A stretch of 64,000 nt of DNA, taken from the NCBI GenBank assembly GCA_036785375.1, contig JAWMAR010000329.1, forward strand, positions 372,001 to 436,000, written 5' to 3'. The DNA is from Leucoraja ocellata. Taxonomy: Eukaryota. A program made the position numbers and the translations under genes. Of the stretch, positions 1 through 10,060 are shown piece after piece. Within the stretch, counting starts at the first letter, position 1; each line of letters starts with the position of its first letter. Under the pieces are notes generated by a model. The model had not been told where the DNA came from. It made no database searches and saw only the letters and a list, made by a program, of their open reading frames with translations.

Positions 1-839
1 GCTAATGTATGGGGATTGCTGGTCGGCACGGACTCGCTGGGCCAAAGGGCCTGTTTCCGTGCTGTATCTCTAAATTAAATTTCAATTGTTTTTGTTTCAT
101 TTAGTATAGGCGATTGTATGGATTGGTATTTGAATGTCAGCATAATCAGCCTGTTACTGTTTTGTATTACTATTGTTGAAAATCAGAAAGTGTGCAATCA
201 AACAACTTTTGGTATGTGGGGCAAAAGAAAACTGCAGGTGCCCGAATCTTGAGCAAAAAACAAAGTGCTGAAGGGACTCAGATAAATTGTGGAGGGAATT
301 GTGGATGGCATTTCCGGTCGGGACACTTCTTCAGACTTTGGGCGTGCTCTTCGCTGTGAATCTGGATATTGAGAATTGGCAGACTGCCCTCACATTGTGT
401 CAGTTGTAGCTCAGGGATAATACTCTTCCTTCCTAGTTATAATGCTGTGGGTTCAAATGCCATCCAAAAGATCTGAGCACACAGAGTCAGCTGACACTTC
501 GTTGGACTACTACCAGTATATTGCCAGAGCCACTTTAAAAAAAAGACTTCAAACACCTCCCAGGACATGAGGAGAAATTTATTTAGTCAGAGGATGGTAA
601 ATCTGTGGAATTCTTTGCCACAAACTGCTGTGGAGGCAAATGCAGTGGATATTTTTAAGACAGAGATAGATTCTTGAATGTTAAATTCCCTCAAGTGAAT
701 CACCCATTCCATACAGTACCATACAGGACAGCACTCACCTTCTCCATCCAGCCACACCCCTGCTCTCTGGCCATAATTTTCAGGACCTACCAAGCCTTAC
801 AGTCCAAGTAATGGATATAGGACACAGTCCAAAGAAGGC

Positions 840-1240
840 CTCAGAATGCTGTGGCGGCCAAGTCAGTGGATATTTTTAAGGAAGAGATAGATAGATTCTT
901 GATTAGTACAGGTGTCGGAGGTTATGGGGAGAAGGCAGAAAAATGGGGTTAGGAGGGAGAGATAGATCAGCCATGATTGAATGGCGGAGTAGACGATGGG
1001 CCGAATGGCCTAATTCTACTATCACATGACTTTATGAATGATCCCATGGCAAGAACGTGAAAAAATGTTTGGATTCTCAAGGGCGTCAGTCACACAGCAT
1101 GGAAACAGGCCCTTTGGCCCAACTTGCCTACACTGACAAACATGCCCCATCTACCCTGGTTCCACCTGCCCACGTTCAGCCCATATCCCTCCAAACCTAT
1201 CCTATCCATGAACCTGTCTAAATGTCTTAAATGTTGAAAC
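840..1240. mobile_element. Two CR1 3'-end fragments in opposite orientation
   Basis: 845-1035 (+) matches the CR1 UTR at 62815-62995; 1088-1235 (-) matches the 38070-38190 UTR. Confidence 0.7.
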
Positions 1241-1699
1241 AATGTCACCTGTCCATGTTCTCTAGAGATGCAGCCCAACTCACTGAGTACTTCCAGCACT
1301 TTGTGGACACTATTTTTCTCTGAACTTATAAAACAGATGATCTCTCTGCTATTATTGGAACTGCAGACGTCTGCACTTACACCAAAATGGAGACTGCAGT
1401 AATGCTGGGACTCAGATGTTAATATGAACACCCACCGAGACTCAGACGACTCACTGTGAGCAGGTGAACTACGTCTGTACATATCACACATGTGTTGATG
1501 CCTCCCAGCAAGCTGCAGCAGCAGATGCCTGCTGGCATGCCATGTAGAAACGAAGGGAGCCTGTGGGTGGAGTCCGCGGAGCCTGGGTTGACAGAGTCCG
1601 GTGAGCTAGCGGAAATGCCAAGGCCGGAGCCAACGCCGGAGCCAAGGCCGGAGCCTCGCGGATTGGACTTCCTCCTGGCGATCCATCTGCTCTCCATGG

Positions 1700-1882
1700 T
1701 GGCTTCATTCTAAAAATGTCTGGCGACCATAATGAGGCCGCGACTAGTTCCCAGAATGCGGGAACTCCATGAAGATGACTCCCCGGCAACCATGTGGCAA
1801 CCATGTGGCAACTGCGTAGTCTCCTGCAGTCACCTAAAAAGTCGTCTAAGTGGGACAGGCCCATTAGTGGGACAGGCCCATA
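1700..1882. mobile_element. Right end of a PIF/Harbinger-like MITE with duplicated terminus
   Basis: gtgggacaggccca occurs twice in tandem, followed by TTA and TAA; related end gtgggacaggggct-TTA at ~28635-28651; left end not identified. Confidence 0.4.
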
Positions 1883-2067
1883 AGTCTTGTCAATTAGGTT
1901 ATTTATTAGGTTAATAAAATTAAAACAATCCTAGATGGTTTCCTTCAAGAAGGCTGGGCACACGAACGATTGTATTTCATGCCTCTGTACTATTTAGTTT
2001 AGCTTAGTTTAGTATTGTCATGTGTGCAGAGGTACAGTGAAAAACTTGGAGACAAAATAAATCTTAC

Positions 2068-2159
2068 CAGTTTCCCATTCTTGATTCTTGCAAATGCGGG
2101 AAACTATATGACCAAATGTTTCTACCTTTGTCTGTAAACTCTCCCAACTCTCCGCTCAT
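2068..2159 (-). other. Candidate exon of a minus-strand gene (possibly an FHL3 5' exon)
   Basis: Non-repeat DNA; ATG-initiated open frame MSGELGEFTDKGRNIWSYSFPHLQESRMGN ending at donor CTG|GTAAGA; E-boxes upstream. Confidence 0.35.
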
Positions 2160-2847
2160 CTGCTATTGAAGTGCTTATCCATCACTTTGTTACCTCCGAA
2201 CTTGGCGCTTTACATAAAAAACAAATCCCGTTTACCCAGCTGTGTCTGTGCATCTCACAGGCAGGTCACACAGAGGGTTTATTTGGAGACATTTCTTGTT
2301 TCAAGTTCCTGTTGCAGACAGTACAGTATTAAGTTGCTCGCCTGACATATGGCTCCCCTCACAGCTGGAAGAGGTTTGCATCAACCACTCCGAGCAGCCT
2401 GACGTGAGCTGCTGGGTTTCAACTGGTCAATCAATGTTAACTCAGTCACCATTTTAAAATTGTTTAAAACCTTAAGTTAGACACAAAAAGCTGGAGTAAC
2501 TCAGCGGGTCAGACAGCATCTCTGGACAAAAGGAATAGGTGATGTTTTGGGCCGAGACCCTTCTTCAGACTAATTCTGAATTAGACCATGTGTGAATTCC
2601 TTATCGTTCATTGCTACTACTCAAACTACTCAAACCCTGTTGGAAAATTATGGTTTCCTGAAAATGTTTAATGCTGATTCCATAATTGATGTGCATTGGT
2701 TTTTAGAATATGATGTGAGGCACTTTCACAGAATATCAAATATTTTTTTTCCTCAAAAAATAAACATTATTCAGAATAGAAAATAAATACAAAACAAAAA
2801 CTGGGCAAAAATGTTTAGTACAATCACAGTGTATATACACTTAATAG

Positions 2848-2958
2848 CAGTGGCGGACTGGGTCTAAAAATATTGGTTGCCAGGAGACAAAGGGGGCCCA
2901 CTTCATCAGGGGCCCACTTGCCATCGGGCAAGCTGACACCCTGGCCAGTCCGCAACTG
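2848..2958. mobile_element. hAT-type MITE, copy 1
   Basis: TIR cagtggcggactgg / ccagtccgcaactg; 8-bp TSD cttaatag/cttaataa. Confidence 0.88.
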
Positions 2959-3723
2959 CTTAATAATGTTATACTCAGTAGTGTCTGCACCTATCTTTAA
3001 ACAAAACACCCTTGTCACTGAGCATCAGAAATGTCCCTCCTCTCTGCCCCAAATAATGAGACATCAAAATGGAAAAGTGTCAAGAAGCTCAGGCAACATG
3101 GAGGAGGCAGAAACACTGTATATTGACTGGGATCTTATCACAAACGCAGACACAGATCACAAGACTTAACAGTATGTCAGACAGTCTGGGCAAGCTAATT
3201 ACTGTATGTGCTCTGCAAAAATTCCTTTGCTAATTTGCAGAGGCCTGTAATTACTGCTTTCTAAAATATACATTTGGAACAAAACATGGCTCCTGGTTAT
3301 AGAACTCTTGCAGTTTCCTGTTCAGCTGCGCCTGTGGTTCAGGAAGAGTTACTGTCCACTTCCTGGAGATTTCTTTGTTCGGAATTGTATGCAAAGAGAT
3401 CAATAAGAACGTTTTCCCAATCTTATCACCTTCTCTTGTTACGAGTAAGAGGCAATAGTTTTATTCCACCCCAAAATCTCCAGCACTCTTCTCAGTTGAT
3501 CAATCAGTCCATGTGAGTTTTAAACTTGGTGTTGTGAGGGAATCGGGATGATGGATTGAGGTGGAAAGGAATAGCACCCATACAAATACCCAGCCTGATC
3601 CCTCCCTGAGGTCAACACCTCTTTACCAGCTCACCACTAGTCCAGAGCAAAAACCCCAGTCAATCTTTATTTCTTTTTTCCAGTGCCCAATAAACTGAAA
3701 TCCATTGTTGTTCTTCTTCCTAC

Positions 3724-3908
3724 CTTTTAGGAGCAGCAGCTGAAACTACTGAGTTTAGCACAGGGTGGAAGTTTGGATCTAGCACTTTCCCCGTTAATAT
3801 TTCTACTTTCGCTTCCTTTACTGAAACTATGACACTGCGCTGTATTATTGGACATGGGGAACCCATGGTGCCTCGGTTCTGCATGTGCCAATAACTGGTT
3901 TGATTGCC
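3724..3908 (-). other. Candidate exon of a minus-strand gene
   Basis: Acceptor tgctttcccccag|G, open frame containing MQNRGTMGSPCP...AAAPK, donor AAG|GTAGGA. Confidence 0.3.
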
Positions 3909-4389
3909 CTGGGGGAAAGCAGTGCCAGATTCTCTGTGTGCAATACCGTCATAGATGCAGTGAGGCACAGCATATATACATCAAAGGGGCAGTGGTTTAT
4001 TTGCATAGCAGCATATCTAACACATGCTGAGTCTTCAACCTTCTACTCTTAGGCTGCGTTCCATACAGCATCATCATTACCAAGCAATCATAATACATGT
4101 CTCCAGTACAATAGAATTCCGGTATATCCAGAGAACATAGTACAGTACAACACAGGAACACGCCTTTTGGCCCACAATGTCCGTACTGATCATGATGCCA
4201 AGATAAACTAATCTCCTCTGCCTGCACATGATCAATGTCCCTTTATTTCCTGCAAATCCATGTGTTTATCTAAATGCTCCTGAAACACCACGATCATATC
4301 TGCCTCCGCCACCACCCCAGGCACCCGTCACTTTCTGTGTAAAAAAACCTGCCCACACAGCTGCTTTAAATCTTGCCTATCTCACCTTG

Positions 4390-4980
4390 AAGATACAAGA
4401 TACAAGATACAAAGTGGCCAAGTGTGTAAGAATATACAAGGAATTTGATTTGCCATACAGTCATACCAAAAAGCAGCAAGACACACAACTACATAAAAAT
4501 TAACATAAACATCCACCACAGTGCACTGTGATGGAAAGCAATAAAGTCTTATCTTCTTCTCTCCTTTTCTCCCGCTGCCGGGGCAGTCAAACCATCTGCA
4601 GTCGGGGCGATCGAAACTCCCACAGCCGGCGATCAAAGCTCCCGTGTTGGGGCGGACGAAGCTTCTGCGGCTGGAACTCCCAAAGTCGGTCCCTAACCAA
4701 GGCACTGCGAGTTCCACGGTTAAGTCCACAGGCTCCCGTGGTTGGAGCTCCCAAAGTCGATCCCCAGCAAGAGGCCGCCAACACGATGTTAGGCCACAGT
4801 AAGGACGGAGATATGATTTGGAAATAGTCGCAGCTCCGTCAAGGAAAGAGATAAAAAAAGTTTCCCCACCCCCCACATACTACAAAACTGAAGACACACT
4901 AAAACATCCATTTAACAACAAACTCAAAACAACAAAAGAAGAAAAGGACAAGACAGACTGTTGGCGATGCTGCTGTCATG
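4390..4980 (-). mobile_element. Diverged relative of the composite retroelement, inserted in a CR1 3' end
   Basis: Shares the aacatccaccacag...cactgtgatgga block and the A-rich/gacagactg head region with the other two copies; tail (TATCTTG)n; different GC-rich interior; flanked by halves of a CR1 3' end (4130-4390, 4985-5090). Confidence 0.6.
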
Positions 4981-6767
4981 TGGAACCATCCTATGCTCTC
5001 TAGTCTTTGCATTTCCACACTGGAAAAATGATTCTGACTGTCCACCCTATTTATGCCTCTGATAATTTCATATACTTTTATATTTGAGATCAAGAAGGCT
5101 GAAAACTGTACATGGCTCGATTGTAATCATAAACTGTCTTTCCGCTGACTGACTAGCATGCAACAAAAGCTTTTCACTGTATCTCGGTACACATGCCAAT
5201 AAACTAAACTAACTAACTAACTAAACGTAGATACATGGTGACTCCAGCCATATACATACACCACTATGCTCCCACTTTTTTTTAAGGTAAAGTATTTTTG
5301 TCTATGCCATGTTTGTACTTCCAACAGTAAAGTGCAAATAACTTTTCAATGCACACATTCAATGTACACATATAATTAACCAAGGATAGACACAAAAAGC
5401 CGGAGTAACTTAACATTGGCTTTCTTCTTTAAGTGTATAGCAACTATGAACTGGTCTAGTATTTGGTTTTCAGAAAGATGATTAGCCTGAAGTATTGCCT
5501 TTGTTTCTGTTTCTACATATACTGCCTAGCCTGCCGTGTGTTTCTAACACCACTGTTGATTTTCAATCTTCCTGATCTCAACAAAATGTGCAGAGCTATC
5601 ATGTGCTAAGATGTCATGGGAGATGTCTTGTTTGCCTAAGGCGGCCGCACGTACCACACAGACAGCACACGAGGAGAGGATCGAACCTGGATCTCTGGTG
5701 CCGTGAGGCAGCAGCTCTACCAGCTGCACCACTGTATCAACCACTGGTTAATCTTTCCTTTCATTGCTGCTGCAGGTTAGCATTGGTTGTGGTTTTGCAG
5801 CTCACTCTTTATGATAATTATTTATGTTAACGATTTAGATGTGAACGTACGTGCCATGGTCAGTATGTTTGCTGATAGATTTACATCCTGGCTAACATTA
5901 TCGGTTACAGAGTCAGGCTACCTTTTCACATTCTTCTACGTGGCTGCTTACTAAGGTAATTTAACCAGATCTCAAGCCTTTGCCGTTGAAATAATGGGTA
6001 ACTGAATCTGTTAAAGGAGACAGAATGTGCTGGCATTTCAACATGCTGTACCCAATGAAATGCTGCATTGTAAACTTGCACTGGCAATTGTTCGTTGAGT
6101 TTCCAACCACCTACCTGTTTGAATCACACCAAGCTATTCTCATATATCTCCCAGAATTCAGATACAGAGCAGGGTATTATTCCAGTTGAATAGACAGCCA
6201 ACAACACTTAAGAAGTTCAACACCATTGAGAACAAAGAAACTACTGATATTTTCTTATTCATATTTCCAGATGTGAGCACCACTGGTATTTATTGCCTAT
6301 CACTTATTGCTCTTGAAAAGATGGTGGTGAGCTTTGTCCTTGAACTGTTGAAGCTCTTTTGGAGCATTGGCATCCCCTCTACCATCCCTCCCTCCTCATT
6401 AATCCCTCCCTCTTCCATCAATATATCTCTGCTTCTACCGTAGTATTTCCCAAACATGCAATGATGCCACACGAAACTTGCACTCAAAGTAACACATCAC
6501 CCTGACTTGGAAATGTATTATTCCTTCATCAGCATTTGACCTAAGCCTGGAGGAAAGTAAAACAGTCATGGAGTGAACATGCACACTCCACACAGTAAGC
6601 ACAAAATGTCGAGATCAATCCTACATTGATTGAATTTTAAGGCAGAGGACCTACCTTTTGCGCCATTGGACCTTATGAGACATCCTGTAATGGCTCAAGA
6701 AGGCTAGTCTACACCAAATTGGGTTGGCAAGTAAATACTCATCTACCACCAATACTTATATCATAAG

Positions 6768-7060
6768 ATAAACACAAAATACTGGAGTAACTAAGCGGGA
6801 CACTTGGCATCTCTGGATAGAAGGAATGGGTGACGTTTCGGATTGAGACCCTTCTTCAGACTGTGAGAAGACTGACTCTAAGTCTGAAGAAGGGCCTCAA
6901 CATCACAGTCTGAAGACGGGTCTCGACCTCTCAGTCTGAAGAAGGGTCTCGACCCAAAATGTCACCCATTGCTTCTATCTAGAGATGCTGCCAGTCCCAT
7001 TGAGTTACTCTAGCATTTTGTGTCTATCCTCGGGATAAACCAGTCTCTGCAGTTCCTTAC
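6768..7060. mobile_element. Inverted pair of Penelope-derived terminal repeats with hammerhead motifs
   Basis: Left arm 6768-6862 is the reverse complement of right arm 6933-7028; the spacer holds two extra partial ctgaaga motifs. Confidence 0.85.
6826..6862 (-). ncRNA. Minimal type I hammerhead ribozyme motif (best-preserved core)
   Basis: Minus strand GU-CUGAAGA-A-GGGUC-UC-AAUCC-GAAA-CGUC-ACCC: both core boxes, stem II with one mismatch, GUC cleavage triplet; stem I short. Confidence 0.6.
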
Positions 7061-7356
7061 AACACATATCATAACATTACAGGTTCAATGTGTGTAAATA
7101 GTGGCTGTGGAAGAAGTGTTTCTGCCCAAAACGTTGCTTATTTCCTTCGCTCCATAGGTGCTGCTGCACTTGCTGAGTTTCTCCAGCATTTTTGTGTACC
7201 AATGTGTGTAAATATTGGGTAAAAAAAACCTCATAGTTCAGCAGCTGCTCACATGTGCTCCTCCGTTAACAACACTGCTTTAGTTTTGGAGGAAGATACA
7301 AAGTGCTGGAGTAACTCAGCAAGTCAGGCAACATCGCTGGAAAACATGGATGGGGT

Positions 7357-7392
7357 TGGTGACGTTTCGGGTTGGAACCATTCTTCAGATTG
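7357..7392 (-). ncRNA. Minimal hammerhead ribozyme motif
   Basis: Minus strand CUGAAGA-AU-GGUU-CC-AACC-C-GAAA-CGUC-ACC; stem I degenerate. Confidence 0.45.
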
Positions 7393-8084
7393 GATGTCCA
7401 GAGGAGTGAGATCGGAGTGATTAGAGGGAGTAGAGAAGTCACTACCGTTGATATCATGTCAGCAGTTGGAAATAAAAAGGCCACAAGGAGGAAGTGTTGG
7501 AAATGGGTTAGCGTTGGGAGGCGAGGACTCTTTGCCAGAGAAAATGGACAGGATGTGGAGGCAATGGAAGTGCTCAGCATCATGATAGGCTCAGAACTCA
7601 TTGAGGTGTGGGCATAGGAGTACATAAGGAATGCTAATGCTGAGGACTGATCATTCTGCATTAGAAAGGAGAAGTTTCGGTGGGGATGGTGAAAACCGGG
7701 CAGTGGCCAAGCTCTGAGGAGGGAAAGGGGGAGGTACTGTGGAGGGAGGAGAGGGATTTGAAGAGGTGCTTGGAGGAATTTGGAACAATAGAATCATAAC
7801 ATGTCATAGAGGAACATCTCCCAATTAGGATTAGAGCAAGCCTAAATTGAATCCCAAAATTGAATCAAAGATAATATTTTGGAGCACCTTATCCAAGCAC
7901 ACCCAGAAATAGCGGGGGAATCTAAAGACCATTAAAGTTAAATAAAATGGTAAATGAAAAATCTGAAAATTGTGGTTACTGCAAATCTGTAAACAAAACA
8001 AAACTTCTGTAAATACTCAGTAGGTCAGACTGCATCTGTTGAAAGAGAAAAATACCTAATGTTTTGGGCCAAGAACCTTTCATT

Positions 8085-8395
8085 AGACTTTAGACTTTAA
8101 TTTAGAGATTTAGAAATACAGCATGGAAAGAGGCCCTTCGGCCCACCAAGTCCACACCGACCTCACCCTACACTAGCACTATCCTACACACGGGACAATT
8201 TACAAATTCACTGATGCCAATTAATCTACATACCTGTATGTCTGGGGAATGGGAGTAAACAGAAGCACCAGGCGAAAATTCATGCGGTCATAGGGAGAAT
8301 GTACAAACTCCGTACAGACAGCACCCGTAATCAGGATCGAACCTGGGTCTCTGACGCTGTAAGGCAGCAACTCTACCGCTGTGCCACTGTGCTGC
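8085..8395 (-). mobile_element. tRNA-derived V-SINE (HE1-like)
   Basis: Minus strand A box tggcacagcggtagag, B box ggttcgatcc, central domain, CR1-type 3' end and (TCTAAAG)n tail. Confidence 0.85.
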
Positions 8396-8669
8396 TCCAT
8401 GGGAACTGGGAAAAATAAAAACACGTTAGTAGAAAGCTGCTATAAGAGTGGAGAAAGCAAAATGGATAGAGTGGTGCCAGGTTGCTTGGGGAAGAGGCTG
8501 TAAATGAGATTCAATAGTCAGTAGGTAAATGGGGACAAGTAGGCATTGTTCATGTAAATTACAAAATGAGGGTAGTTAGAGAATGAGAAGGGACACATTG
8601 ATGTACGAGTCTAGAATTAGAGAATAGTTTCAGTAAAAGAGTCTGCCATTTATGACTGAGATGAGGAGT

Positions 8670-10060
8670 CAAGGGGCAAGAGAGTTTAATTGTCATATGT
8701 ACTGGCAACAGAACAACGAGATTCTTACTTGGTGCTGCCTTACATGCCCCATTAATGCAAAACACACAAATAAATATGCATTATCATTAATACAATGAAA
8801 TAAAAATCAGTTATACTGTACTAGGTAACCATACTATAATAGTGCAAAGCTGAAATCCGTAGTGGAACTAAAACAAAGTTCATAGTTGATCATAGTTGTG
8901 AGGTAGTGGTTAGCGTTGTGCAGAGTTTAAGGACCTGGTTGCTGGGAAGAAGCTGTTCTTGAACCTGGAGGTCACAGTTTTCAGGCTCCTCCACCTTCTT
9001 CCCGATGATAGCGGCGAGGTGAGAGCATGGGTGTGGGTCTTTGATGTCATTAGCTGCCTTTTTGAGGCAGTGCTTCCTGTAGATCCCTTTGACCTGGAGA
9101 ATGGTCTGGGCAATGCCCACCACTTTCTGCAGCTCCCTTTGTGCTTGGGCATTCGAGTTGCTGAACCAGGCCATGATGCAACAAGTCAGTATGCTCTTGA
9201 CCATGTACCTGTACAGTTGGATGAAGTAGTGACATACTGTATCTCCTCTATCTTCTCAGGAAGTAAATGCATTGACGAGTTTCCTTTATGATTGCATCCA
9301 AATGCTGGGCCCAGGGGCGAACTTCAGAAATATGTATGGCCAGGAACTTGAAGCTGTTCACTCTTTCTACTGCCATCCCATCGATGAATACAGGTTCAAG
9401 GATCCCTGCCTTTCCTTTCCTGGAGTCATCAATCAGCTCCTTGGTCTTGCTAATGTTGGAAACAAGATTATTTTTCTCACACCATTCAATCAGGATGTCC
9501 ATCTTCCTGAGTACTCTGTCTCATCATTACTCATAATTCGCCAACAACAGCAGTGCTGTTGTCGAATATAAAGATGGTGTTAGAGCTGTGTCTGGCCACA
9601 CAGTAATGTGTTTAGAAAGAGCAGGGGACTAGGCACACGGCCTTGATGTGTTGTTTATTATCAAGGAGGAGGTGTTGTTGCCAATTCGTACTGATGGTGA
9701 TCAGTCGATAACAAAGTCAGGGATCCACTTACATAGGGATGAGCAGAGACCCAGTTCTCCAGGTTTTGAGGGGATGGTTGTATTGAACACCACATTGTAG
9801 TTGACTGTAAGAACACATACTGTTTGTTAGAGGTGTCCTTATGATCCAAATGGTCCAGTGCAATGTGAAAAGCCAGCAAGATCGCATCCGCAGTTGATCG
9901 TTTGTGATGATAGGTGGATTGTACTGGGTCCAGATTCATGTTAAGATAGAAGTTCATATGCGTTATGGCCAATCTCTCAAAGAATCTAATCACCAAAGGA
10001 TGGCAGTGCTCTGAGGCATGACACCTTGCGTTTCTTAGGCAAAGGTCTTATGGATGGCCT
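8670..10060 (-). mobile_element. Rex1/Babar-like LINE fragment (RT and C-terminus), decayed
   Basis: Minus-strand ORFs FERLAITH..LDPVQ..RSTADAI, WCEKNNL..NISKTKELI..VERVNSFKFL, SILTCCIMAWF, SGRRWRS..RFKNSFFP. Confidence 0.85.

Noticed and set aside
8330-8395. tRNA gene
   Set aside because: The A/B boxes belong to a SINE head; no full cloverleaf or terminator
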